DNA of 64,000 nt. Source: Sedimentisphaerales bacterium. Its GTDB lineage: Bacteria; Planctomycetota; Phycisphaerae; Sedimentisphaerales; SM23-30. Of the stretch, positions 28,396-37,992 are shown one piece after another (the stretch's first letter is position 1; each line of letters opens with the position of its first letter). The notes beneath the pieces were generated by a model. The model searched no databases, had not been told where the DNA came from, and saw only the letters and a program-made list of their open reading frames with translations. Where the stretch lies: the NCBI GenBank assembly GCA_963666285.1, contig OY762711.1. The stretch is one strand, 5' to 3'. The position numbers and the translations under genes are program-made.

Positions 28396-30594
28396 TTAAT
28401 ACATACAAACCGGATAAAATTCACAATTCATCCAGTCACCGGCAAATTCTGCGAGATCAAGAATATTAACCTCACAGTCATTATTTGCATCCATAACAAG
28501 AGACAAATTATCAGGATTTACACATACTGCGACCCCGCTTACTGGGTAATAATCATCTACTACTTCTTCATGGCTCAAGGCATAACTGAAGACCTTAACC
28601 TCGTCCATCTTGCCGTTGAATGTACTGGCAAATTCAGTTGTTTCTCCGACACGGTCCAAAGCACCGATATTCAGTTCAATTCCTTCTAACTGTTGAATAG
28701 CAACAGCAGTTGTACTTGAAGCCACCGGAATACCATCGTAATAGATTACCATTCCTTCACCACCGGCTGTAACTGCCAGATGCACCCATTTATCAGTCGG
28801 CATAGGATCGGCAACCAGGCTTGTAAAGTTAGGGCCGCCTATCTGAAGATAACCGTCAGGCCTTATTTCTATCCAGAAGTTAGATTCTGCAATACCTGTT
28901 CCGGTACGATTACTGACAACTCCCTGCCAGCTGGTAACACCTTCCCAGTACAACCACGCACTTACAGATACTTCACTGGTATACAGTGATGGAACCCAGG
29001 CACCGGAACTGGCCGCAGCTTGACCGTTAACTGACAAATCTAAAGCATTACCGGTTTTAGCAACATCAACACCATCAGTAAACTGTTCCGGGGCCGGATC
29101 ATCATTAGGATCGGCATGATAACCGCCAACGATATCTTCATAGTAGTTAAATGTTGTACCTGTCGTTAAAGAATCCAGTTTCCAATGAGCCATCAGTCGT
29201 TTAAGACCAAGCTGAGCAATATCTGAGGCTGCTTCACCACTGGTATTAGATGCAGCACAATAATATTCACCCTGATCAGCAGCTTCGAAATCAGATATTG
29301 TCAAGGTAGAGGTATAAACATCAGCGTCATTAACTGTCTCTATAGTTATATCTTCATCAGAGTCACTTATTGGATCAACCTGCCCCTGTTTGTACCATAA
29401 AACTGATATTTCTGATTTACTGGTAATATCACAGTAAAGTTTAACCGGCTCACCGGCATAACCCAGCGTGTCTTCCGGAGAGCTGGTAATTGCAGGAATT
29501 GATGGTAATGCACTGAATGTCCACAAAGGACCGGTAATATTAGATGCAGACCCCTTAGCCGCACCGGAAACCTGCTCTTCAACATTCCAGCATACTACAT
29601 CATCCAAACCAAAAGTATATGGAATACTGACCGGATCGGTACCGGCAGCCACAAATGTTTCCATCAAAACTGGTTCAGCCAGGTTAGGCTCACCATTATA
29701 AACTTCATATACTGTAACATAATGACCTGTTATATCAGGGTTGGTTACTGTTGGATTTTCCGGATCTTTGCCGGCATAAAATGAAAGTTCTGTAACTGTC
29801 GCAGGATCGACAAGTGCTGCATTATCAGCCGGGCTTGGATCTGTAGGATATTTTACCGTATCCAGTGCCGCATAGAACAACTGGGCACGAATGCTGCCGG
29901 TCTGCTCTGAAACATTTGTACAATGATGCCAGTCCCATAGCGGATTAAAGTCTGGATTAGTATCATCTCCTTCATATTCAATCAAGCCGCCAAGACTGCC
30001 GTCATTAGGCACATCACCGCCCGGCGTAATACCCAGAAAAGTAACAGTAAGGTTACCATCAATATTGATACTGGCAGGTACTGTCAGATTAAAGACTTTT
30101 ACTATACTATTAATTTTACTGACTACCAAACCATCATTGGCATTAAAAGAAACATACACGCTATAATCACCTGCAACTGCCGGTGCCAGGCTCAAAAGAG
30201 CCGCACCATCAGTAAGATCGGTATCGTTTAATCCTGTAGGCACTCCATACCTTGAAGCATTTTTTATAAAGAATACGAACTTTCCGTCAGACAGATAAAT
30301 ACCGTTACCATTTGATGTTCCGCCATTTTCGAAAATTACAACAGGACCATTCTTGGAGTTTGCAATATCTGTTGCTGCCAGCGAAAACTGGGCGGCAAAT
30401 GTAACATAATCATTAGCTGAATTATCTGGAGTGTTGACTCCGTCATCATTATCTGAAGTTGCGGTAATATCAAATGCCGCATCTGCATCATTAAAGTCTG
30501 GGACTAATGTTCCAGAAAAAACTGTACCGGAAAAAACTAGCAAAGAAAACGAAATAAGACAAAAATATAAACTCTTAGTATATTTTGTATTCAT
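28396..30594 (-). CDS. Secreted protein: shared N-terminal domain + Ig-like + LamG + dockerin-like
   Basis: GGAGG before ATG 30594; Ig 'LTIS.....DQGEYYC.ASN'; LamG 'AHWKLD...WVHLAVT...FNGKMDEVKVFSYAL'; 'DANNDCEVNILDL..W..C'. Confidence 0.82.
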   Translation of the reverse strand: MNTKYTKSLYFCLISFSLLVFSGTVFSGTLVPDFNDADAAFDITATSDNDDGVNTPDNSANDYVTFAAQFSLAATDIANSKNGPVVIFENGGTSNGNGIYLSDGKFVFFIKNASRYGVPTGLNDTDLTDGAALLSLAPAVAGDYSVYVSFNANDGLVVSKINSIVKVFNLTVPASINIDGNLTVTFLGITPGGDVPNDGSLGGLIEYEGDDTNPDFNPLWDWHHCTNVSEQTGSIRAQLFYAALDTVKYPTDPSPADNAALVDPATVTELSFYAGKDPENPTVTNPDITGHYVTVYEVYNGEPNLAEPVLMETFVAAGTDPVSIPYTFGLDDVVCWNVEEQVSGAAKGSASNITGPLWTFSALPSIPAITSSPEDTLGYAGEPVKLYCDITSKSEISVLWYKQGQVDPISDSDEDITIETVNDADVYTSTLTISDFEAADQGEYYCAASNTSGEAASDIAQLGLKRLMAHWKLDSLTTGTTFNYYEDIVGGYHADPNDDPAPEQFTDGVDVAKTGNALDLSVNGQAAASSGAWVPSLYTSEVSVSAWLYWEGVTSWQGVVSNRTGTGIAESNFWIEIRPDGYLQIGGPNFTSLVADPMPTDKWVHLAVTAGGEGMVIYYDGIPVASSTTAVAIQQLEGIELNIGALDRVGETTEFASTFNGKMDEVKVFSYALSHEEVVDDYYPVSGVAVCVNPDNLSLVMDANNDCEVNILDLAEFAGDWMNCEFYPVCMY

Positions 30595-30637
30595 ATGAAC
30601 CTCCGAAATCAAAAATTATACCTTTTCCAAAATTAAC

Positions 30638-30665
30638 CTGGAAGGGAACTACTGCTCCCTTCCAG
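30638..30665 (-). promoter_or_regulatory. Intercistronic stem-loop
   Basis: ctggaaggga-N8-tcccttccag perfect 10-bp stem without a strong U-tail, just after the stop of the 30684 gene. Confidence 0.55.
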
Positions 30666-30683
30666 ATTCGATATCACAAACTA

Positions 30684-32843
30684 TTAATGACAATCTGAAG
30701 CCGGATACAATCCGCAATTCATCCAACCTGCAGTAAAGGTAGCAAAATCTATCAGATCTACCTTACAATCATGATTGAAATCATAATCAAGGGTTTCAGC
30801 ATCTCTATCCAGACAAGCTGAAATCTCAGTAACATCATAATACTTCTGAGCAACATCTTCATTAGTAAAGACATAATTATAGATATGGACTTCATCAATC
30901 GCACCGCTGAATGGATCGCGAACATTAAGACCATCGTACCCGGCACCACCAATGAATACCAGAGATTCATTCTGATCGATACTATACAAATTAGATAAGC
31001 CAACCTGCTCACCATTAACATAAATCTTACCAACTTCATCGGCAGCAGAAGTCAGGGTAATAAATACCCACTGACCACTTTCAACTGAAGGATAATAGTC
31101 GGCAGTATTGCTGTTATCAAATGGATCGTAACCAGGAGCATTAGCACTGATATATCCACCATCATTATTAAATTCAAAGAACCAGTTATTTACCGGATTA
31201 TTACTGCAAACCAGACCGTCAAGTGAAGTATCACCTTCTGTCGGAGTCCATTTAATCCAGGCAGTGATAGTCAGTTCATCGGTATAAGCAGCCGCGGCAA
31301 ACGCTTCTGTTACACCGGCCAGCTCTGCATTGGCAGCAACATTAAGAGCATTGCCAATTTTACCTTCGATAAAGTCAGCTGCAGTCGGCATTCCATTTGG
31401 ATCAGCATCATGACCGCCAACCATATCTGCATAGGTACCTTCTGCTGTCGCTTCGTCCATCGGCCAGTATGCAATTTCACGCTGTACGCCAAGTGCAACC
31501 TGGGCTGACTGAGATGTACCGGCACTGTTTGATACTTCGCTATAATACATTCCTTCATCTGCCACAACAAGATCAGATACAGTCAAAGTGTATTCATAAG
31601 TATCAGTACCAACCAGGGTAGGACCTGTTACCTGATATCTGCTGTCAGTTGTCAGGTCAGTACCTTCACTGCCGACTTTAACCCATACAGAAGACTCTAG
31701 CGGGTTCTTACTGATAATAGTACAGGTAAACTCAACAGAACCACCAACAACATCGGCATCAGCCAGAGGCTGCACGGTGATATTTGGAACTGAAGGTAAC
31801 GCACTGAACTTCCAGACAGGACTTGAAATTGTATCTGTACCGGTATGAGCATCTACTGACCAGTAAACTACATCATCCAACTCCAGGAATGGATCGCCAA
31901 AAGCACTAAACGGACAGGTTGTACCTGTTACCTCATAACTTGCAGGAGCTGCCAGGTAGTTCGGCTCATCTCCGTACATATCGTATACATTAACTGTATA
32001 ACCGGTAATACCGGAAAGATCCGTCGCAGAATCTGCAGGATCTTTTGGTGCGGCAAATTCAAACTGGGTAACTGTTGATGGATCTACATTTATTGCATTA
32101 TCTGCAGGAGCTACTACGGTCGGCATCCAGACAGGTTCAATATCTAAAAAGAAAATCTGGCCCAGAACTGATGAACCTTCTGCCAATGTAGCATTTACAC
32201 AAGTATCTTTAAAATATACACCGGCACTTGAATCATCTGTTAAACCGCCTAACCAGCCAGCAGAAGCCTGAGCGGCGATTGTTCCAGGTGTAGTTCCCAA
32301 AAATCCAACTGAATGATTTCCATCAATATTTAATGTAGACGGATTCACAATATCAGTTATTTTACCAACACCATTTACATTTGAAATAACCCTGGCATTA
32401 TCATAGCTAAAGCAGACATACATTTCTGTCTCAACACCCGCTTCTGCCGGAGCCAGTATAATTGCTGCTACTCCATCGCTAAAGTCTGTATCAAACTGCG
32501 ATGCTGCACCACCGGCACTATTACTTTTGATCAGAAATTCAATTTGACCATCAATTATATAGATACCATTACCATTTGTTGTTCCGCCATTTTCCAGAAT
32601 CATTACCGCTTGTGAAGCAGAATCTGTTATGCTCTGTGCATCCAGGGTAAATCTGGCGGCAAATGTAACATAACCGTTTCCATTATCAGCTATATCTGTT
32701 GTCAGAGCATTGTCTTTTACTGCTGTCAGCTCAATCTTCGCATCAGCATCATCAAAAAACGGGACAATTTCCCCTGCTGCGGCAGATGCGGCAGAAACGC
32801 CTAAAAACATAAGAAATAACCAATTTAAACAACTTGTTTTCAT
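30684..32843 (-). CDS. Secreted protein, paralog of 28396-30594 (N-terminal domain + Ig + LamG + dockerin-like)
   Basis: GGAGG before ATG 32843; same domain order; 'FSGAIDEVHIYNY'; 'YDFNHDCKVDLIDF..W..C'. Confidence 0.82.
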   Translation of the reverse strand: MKTSCLNWLFLMFLGVSAASAAAGEIVPFFDDADAKIELTAVKDNALTTDIADNGNGYVTFAARFTLDAQSITDSASQAVMILENGGTTNGNGIYIIDGQIEFLIKSNSAGGAASQFDTDFSDGVAAIILAPAEAGVETEMYVCFSYDNARVISNVNGVGKITDIVNPSTLNIDGNHSVGFLGTTPGTIAAQASAGWLGGLTDDSSAGVYFKDTCVNATLAEGSSVLGQIFFLDIEPVWMPTVVAPADNAINVDPSTVTQFEFAAPKDPADSATDLSGITGYTVNVYDMYGDEPNYLAAPASYEVTGTTCPFSAFGDPFLELDDVVYWSVDAHTGTDTISSPVWKFSALPSVPNITVQPLADADVVGGSVEFTCTIISKNPLESSVWVKVGSEGTDLTTDSRYQVTGPTLVGTDTYEYTLTVSDLVVADEGMYYSEVSNSAGTSQSAQVALGVQREIAYWPMDEATAEGTYADMVGGHDADPNGMPTAADFIEGKIGNALNVAANAELAGVTEAFAAAAYTDELTITAWIKWTPTEGDTSLDGLVCSNNPVNNWFFEFNNDGGYISANAPGYDPFDNSNTADYYPSVESGQWVFITLTSAADEVGKIYVNGEQVGLSNLYSIDQNESLVFIGGAGYDGLNVRDPFSGAIDEVHIYNYVFTNEDVAQKYYDVTEISACLDRDAETLDYDFNHDCKVDLIDFATFTAGWMNCGLYPASDCH

Positions 32844-32938
32844 GTTTTCCTCCAAATATAAAGGTGATTAATATAACTCAACTACTCCTAAATTTAGACA
32901 CGAGCATACTCGTGACTGACTGCTGTTTTTACACTCAG

Positions 32939-34636
32939 TTAGTTATCTGATTCCAAGACCAGTGCCGGGCCTCCAAATAGACACCAGTCATTATAAGCGG
33001 GACGCCCTTCCAAGCTTTCTACCCCGCCATCTGTAGCCATCAACGTCAGGAATCTGTCGGTTGGTTTAATTGGAACATGCAGATAATCGCTTTCCCCTTC
33101 TTTGACACCTCTTTTTACAAAACGCTTCTCTCCATCTACTAATACCCAGAAATCTGCTAATGCCATTTCCGGTTGCGGGGATGCCTTATCGCATATCCCG
33201 TAATTAGCTGTAAACTCAATAATATTCGAAGATGAATACGCATGTCGAATCTTATCAAGATCAAAAGTAATACCGGCATTGGCATGCATAAACAAACATG
33301 TACTGCCTTTAAAGCCATATCGTTTGCCGCCTAGCGAAATATTAGTACCCATAACAACACCGGACACATTAATAATACCTCCCCAACCGGTGTCACAAAG
33401 AGCGTAATCCATATCAAATTGATTTTCATAAGAATCAACTACAAACGCTCCTTCAGCATTATATGGAATAAATACACCATCTATAAACTCATTTGAGACA
33501 TCTGTTATATATCCCTTGCTAAACATTTTTGTCTTTTTATCGTCGTAAAAACCATTAAGCGCCTTGGCCCATTTGCCTGTTGAAGTATCTATGCAGGCTC
33601 CAATAGTGCCATTGCCAAGCCCGTTTCCACCACCAACTATATCAGCCAGGTCAATTCGATTCTGCCCTTTCCACAAAACTCCTGATTCGGAATCAATGTC
33701 GCGGGTAAACAAGGCTGTATTACTTTTGGCATCTTCTACAGAACCGGTTATTCGGTCTATTTTCTTGGCATGCCCGGCAATTATGGTAGCATTAATCTTT
33801 GTATCATTATTTTTTGTTACTAAATTTGTACTTCCCTTGATCACATGAACTTCTGTCTGTCCGGTGGCACTTTCCTGAACACCAAATTCCGTACCAAGGT
33901 CAATTATTTTAGAATCTTCGGTACTGACAGTAAAACCGTATGCTTCTTCTGGAACACTGGCATATAACCGGCCATAATGTAGCTGAATCTGATTATTGGT
34001 TAAAATTTCAAATTCGGCAGGACCCTCAATAGTAACCCTGGTATTATTGTCAAAATGAAGCTCTGCATAACCAGCCCTTAAGCTTAATGCCGGGCTGGAG
34101 GTCTTCAATCTCATATCATTTTCTATTACTGTCGGATATTCACCCCACCTGGCTTCTATTGTATCTGCCAGAGTTGCAACTTCCTTGCCGCCCGTTTCCG
34201 GGGTAAAATGAATCGTTAGAAAGATCAAAAACATTGCTGCTAAAGAAGCAACCGCTGATATACTTATATATTTCAACCGGGCAATATTACGCCGTGATCT
34301 CTCCTGTGACTGCAGCCACCGCAGCATATCACCTTCAGGGTCTTCTTTGGGAGTGTTAATGGGAGGAGCAACTTTTTCCTCTCTGCCTAACTCAACCAGA
34401 ATATTAATAAAGTCTTTGACATTTATAAATTCTTTACCTGTTGTATCAGGCACCATTCCTTTTACTTCTTCAACACCGGCATAAGTCGCTAAAACATCGA
34501 AATAAGATTCCATCGCCTTCGGGCTTGTTTTCAAAAGATGCTGCAGGCGGTGAAAACCATCAGCATCAAGGGCATTATCCAAAGCCTTGATAACAAGTTC
34601 ACTTATTTCAAATAATATTATATCTTCTTTAGACAT
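32939..34636 (-). CDS. FecR-like anti-sigma factor with C-terminal NPCBM/NEW2 carbohydrate-binding-like domain
   Basis: Single TM; 'GYAEL.F.....VTIEGPAEF', 'IIDLGTEFGV'; 'MHANAGITFDL', 'FWVLVDG', 'RFLTLMATDG...DWCLFG.P'. Confidence 0.88.
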   Translation of the reverse strand: MSKEDIILFEISELVIKALDNALDADGFHRLQHLLKTSPKAMESYFDVLATYAGVEEVKGMVPDTTGKEFINVKDFINILVELGREEKVAPPINTPKEDPEGDMLRWLQSQERSRRNIARLKYISISAVASLAAMFLIFLTIHFTPETGGKEVATLADTIEARWGEYPTVIENDMRLKTSSPALSLRAGYAELHFDNNTRVTIEGPAEFEILTNNQIQLHYGRLYASVPEEAYGFTVSTEDSKIIDLGTEFGVQESATGQTEVHVIKGSTNLVTKNNDTKINATIIAGHAKKIDRITGSVEDAKSNTALFTRDIDSESGVLWKGQNRIDLADIVGGGNGLGNGTIGACIDTSTGKWAKALNGFYDDKKTKMFSKGYITDVSNEFIDGVFIPYNAEGAFVVDSYENQFDMDYALCDTGWGGIINVSGVVMGTNISLGGKRYGFKGSTCLFMHANAGITFDLDKIRHAYSSSNIIEFTANYGICDKASPQPEMALADFWVLVDGEKRFVKRGVKEGESDYLHVPIKPTDRFLTLMATDGGVESLEGRPAYNDWCLFGGPALVLESDN

Positions 34637-35165
34637 TAGATCCTCCGGTACTGAGCCTGTGCTTTACACACTTCACTAATGCTCCGTGTATGCGACTTAC
34701 AGTCCGGTAAACACTTTGTTTTGAAATTCCAAACTCAAGACCCATTTTTTTGAAAGTTAAATCCTGTTCGTAACGCATTTTCATGATCTTAAGGTCTTTG
34801 ACCGGCAATTTCTTCATACAAGCTTTCAATGCATCTATTCGATCTGACATATCTGCCAGCTGAGTTGACTCCGATTCAATTAAACTCAAAATATCTGAAT
34901 CAAATTGCAGCTTTGAGTTCTTATTCTTCCTGATATAATTCATTACTTTATAGCGGGCTATAGTTCTGCCCCAGCTTATAAAGTTTGTGCCAGGCTCAAA
35001 TTCATCAAATTTCTCCCACATCGTTGTCAATGTATCCTGCAGGATATCATCAGCATCTGAAGAAGAAAGAACCAGGCTCAGAATATAAACATATATATCT
35101 TTCTGACAGGATAAAACCAGACTTATGAATCTCCTGTTATCCTCGTGTCGCGAATAGTTATTCAT
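34629..35165 (-). CDS. ECF sigma-70 factor (planctomycete/verrucomicrobial type)
   Basis: 'DADDILQDT...W.KFDEF..GTNF..W...IAR'; region-4 HTH; overlaps the anti-sigma start by 8 bp. Confidence 0.92.
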   Translation of the reverse strand: MNNYSRHEDNRRFISLVLSCQKDIYVYILSLVLSSSDADDILQDTLTTMWEKFDEFEPGTNFISWGRTIARYKVMNYIRKNKNSKLQFDSDILSLIESESTQLADMSDRIDALKACMKKLPVKDLKIMKMRYEQDLTFKKMGLEFGISKQSVYRTVSRIHGALVKCVKHRLSTGGSNV

Positions 35166-35550
35166 ATCTCACTTCATTCTATAATTGATCTTATACCCAT
35201 ATATTTCCCTAACAATAATATCGTCACCTATAAAAAATATATTTATTATTTAAAATTTGGGACAAAAAGTCATACACCCGCCATAACCCGCAAATTTATA
35301 ATTGCTTCACCGACAAAAATGAGTAGTTTCAATAATGAAATTAACTGCACTATAGTGCAATAATTTTCCACAACACTACCTAACAAGCTGACAACAAGTT
35401 TCTACATAAAACAAAAACCAAAACATAAGACTAATAATTTCAAGATGTTATAATTATTTAAAAATTCCGCCCGCACATTATCTTTAATAATATAATTACA
35501 GTTTTATTTACTTTGAGTCAAAAAACAGCTATTCTACAGATTTATTAGAC

Positions 35551-35579
35551 TTGACATTTTAGGCTGATTTATGTACTTA
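35551..35579 (+). promoter_or_regulatory. Possible sigma-70 promoter of the DUF1080 gene
   Basis: TTGACA-17bp-TACTTA (weak -10). Confidence 0.4.
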
Positions 35580-35632
35580 AATAGAATACTGTTAAGTGTT
35601 AGTATTGTTACTTTTTATATGGAGAGTATTAT

Positions 35633-37018
35633 ATGAAATTCTATCAAAAATCTCTTTTGTCATTGTCGCTGGCATTGATCCTTTCAACTTCAGCTGTTGC
35701 AGCTGAACCATGGATGAGCATTTTCAATGGCAAAAACCTTGCCGGCTGGGAACAGAAAAACGGAAAAGCTAAATATGAAGTCAAAGATGGAGCTATTGTG
35801 GGAACTTCCACAAAAAACACCCCTAACAGCTTCCTTTGCAGCAACAGAATGTACGACGATTTTATCCTGGAGCTGGAATTCAAAGTTGATCCAAAACTGA
35901 ACTCAGGAGTCCAAATCAGAAGTAATAGTTTTCCGGAATATAACAATAACAGGGTTCATGGCTACCAGATTGAAATTGACCCTTCTCCAAGAGCTTATAC
36001 CGCAGGTATTTACGATGAAGCTAGAAGAGGTTGGCTATACAACCTTTCTGATAACGAAAAAGCACGCAAGGCTTTCAAACAAGGTGAATGGAACAAAATC
36101 AGAGTTGAAGCTATTGGCGATACTATAAAGACCTGGATTAACGATGTGCCTGCCGCTAATCTGGTTGATGACATGACATATAGCGGCTTTATCGCACTAC
36201 AGGTTCATGGCATTGGCAATGACTCTGCAAAAGATGGCACCCAGGTCTGCTGGAGAAACATACGTATTATCACCCAGGACCCTGCCAGATATGCCAGGGA
36301 AACTACTATACCGGCACAAAGCTGGTACAACAAACTCACTTCTGATGAGAAGAACCAGGGCTGGAAACTGCTTTTCGACGGCAAAACTACTAATGGCTGG
36401 AGAGGCGCGAGACTTGACAGCTTTCCTGACCACGGCTGGAAAGTTGATGACGGTCTGCTGGTTGTTATGGAATCAGGTGGTGGTGAATCTACTGCCGGAG
36501 GTGATATTGTCACAACTCAAAAATACGGTAACTTTGAGCTGAAAGTTGACTTCCTTATCACTCCTGGCGCCAACAGCGGAATTAAATACTATGTGGACAC
36601 TACCCTGAACAAAAGTACCGGCTCTTCTATTGGATTGGAATACCAGATACTGGATGACCTGCTGCACCCTGACGCCAAGCTTGGCAACCACGAAGGCAGC
36701 CGCAAAGTTGCATGCCTCTACGACCTTATCCAGGCAAAAGATAAATCACCAAGACAGATGGGACAATGGAACCATGCTCGAATTTTTTCAAAAAATGGGC
36801 ATGTCGAACATTGGCTAAATGGTCGTAAAGTCCTGGAATTTGAACGCGGAAGCAAGGAATTCAGAAAACTGGTTTCTGAAAGCAAATACAAACAGTGGTC
36901 GGAAGAGAGTATCAAAAGAAATCAGCCGCAATTTGGCGAATTACCTGAAGGCGAAATTCTTCTCCAGGACCATGGCAACACCGTTTCATTTAGAAATGTA
37001 AAGATTCGCGAGCTATAA
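35633..37018 (+). CDS. Secreted tandem DUF1080 (3-keto-disaccharide hydrolase-like) protein
   Basis: Two repeats of 'FNGK.L.GW...DF.LELEFK....NSG...YQI......WN...I.LQ.HG...RNI.I'. Confidence 0.9.
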   Translation: MKFYQKSLLSLSLALILSTSAVAAEPWMSIFNGKNLAGWEQKNGKAKYEVKDGAIVGTSTKNTPNSFLCSNRMYDDFILELEFKVDPKLNSGVQIRSNSFPEYNNNRVHGYQIEIDPSPRAYTAGIYDEARRGWLYNLSDNEKARKAFKQGEWNKIRVEAIGDTIKTWINDVPAANLVDDMTYSGFIALQVHGIGNDSAKDGTQVCWRNIRIITQDPARYARETTIPAQSWYNKLTSDEKNQGWKLLFDGKTTNGWRGARLDSFPDHGWKVDDGLLVVMESGGGESTAGGDIVTTQKYGNFELKVDFLITPGANSGIKYYVDTTLNKSTGSSIGLEYQILDDLLHPDAKLGNHEGSRKVACLYDLIQAKDKSPRQMGQWNHARIFSKNGHVEHWLNGRKVLEFERGSKEFRKLVSESKYKQWSEESIKRNQPQFGELPEGEILLQDHGNTVSFRNVKIREL

Positions 37019-37043
37019 ACATAATTCGCTTCGATTAACAAAT

Positions 37044-37079
37044 AAAAAAGGGTATCTCTTGACGAGATGCCCTTTTTTT
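37044..37079. terminator. Bidirectional terminator
   Basis: aaaaaagggtatctc/gagatgccctttttt. Confidence 0.88.
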
Positions 37080-37119
37080 ATTCATCTTATTATTATAGTG
37101 CTCAAGCTGTTATATTGAT

Positions 37120-37287
37120 TTAAGGTGACCTCTGGAAATTGCTTTTGATGCGATAGTTTAAGATTTTGGTTGCTGACAAGTAACATAAAATCGTGCATAT
37201 TGGCTATATTCACTGTTTTATGTGACGCATGTCAGCAAGTAAAAGAAAAACTTGTCGCTCAAAATGAATTTTCAGAAGTTGCCTTAA
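37120..37287. mobile_element. 168-bp foldback MITE-like element, copy 1
   Basis: Bounded by TTAA; imperfect terminal inverted repeats ggtgacctctggaaatt/aattttcagaagttgcc; second copy at 44101-44268. Confidence 0.8.
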
Positions 37288-37818
37288 TTATGCTCCGCCC
37301 TGAGAAACAAAACCCTGGGCTTCACCACCGGTCTCTGCCGGGGTACCGGCAATTCTCGCCAGGTAAGCTGCACCTAGTTTTTCGATATGCCCGGAAACAT
37401 TATCAAAATAGTTAAAATGCTCCTGTTCTTCATCAATAATCTGATCAAATAACTTCACACTTAAGCTATCACCATTTTCACGGCAAACCTGCAGAAACTC
37501 GTTATAAGCCGCAACTGTCTCATCCTCTAGACCTGAGTCAAAAGGAAAAACTTCCTCAACCTCTTGTCCCTTGGTTACAGGATCTGACTTCTCGGTTGTC
37601 GGGTCGCCGCCCAGCTCTTTGATTCGTTCGGCAAACATCTCGGCATGTCTCATTTCATCAATCGCAATCAATTTAAGATTCGCCGCCAGCTCACCATAAT
37701 CCATATCATCCAGACTGTAATGCTGATTCATATACTGATGAATAGCGTGCAGCTCCATTGAACGTGCCTTGTCTAATACCTCGATAACATTCTTTTTAGC
37801 CTGTTCTCTTGATGCCAT
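37288..37818 (-). CDS. bfr: Bacterioferritin (Desulfovibrio-like)
   Basis: 'MELHAIHQYMNQHY', 'IDEMRHAE' (ferroxidase Glu/His, heme Met), 'EEQEH'; start set at ATG 37818. Confidence 0.92.
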   Translation of the reverse strand: MASREQAKKNVIEVLDKARSMELHAIHQYMNQHYSLDDMDYGELAANLKLIAIDEMRHAEMFAERIKELGGDPTTEKSDPVTKGQEVEEVFPFDSGLEDETVAAYNEFLQVCRENGDSLSVKLFDQIIDEEQEHFNYFDNVSGHIEKLGAAYLARIAGTPAETGGEAQGFVSQGGA

Positions 37819-37897
37819 AATTTTATCTCCTATTAGCGTCAATATATATGTGTTGTAAGCATTCACAGGTGCGCTATTTACGTCAGATTCTGTGTTT

Positions 37898-37965
37898 GCG
37901 AAGCTTTTAAATAGTTCGCGATAGCGACACCTTAGCTTATTTCTTTTTACTTATATCTTATTACT
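37898..37965. repeat. Hairpin-ACACCT-pyrimidine tract element
   Basis: gcgaagcttttaaa..tcgc.atagcga-caccttagcttatt; shares an identical 19-mer (agcgacaccttagcttatt) with 44334-44352. Confidence 0.75.
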
Positions 37966-37992
37966 GTAACCGTGTGAACGGTTACAATGCGT

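Noticed and set aside
37170..37415. 81-aa + strand ORF
   Set aside because: It starts inside the MITE and runs antisense into bfr; a by-product of the repeat.
37640..37690. Heme-free bacterioferritin
   Set aside because: The heme-ligand Met in IDEMRH is present.
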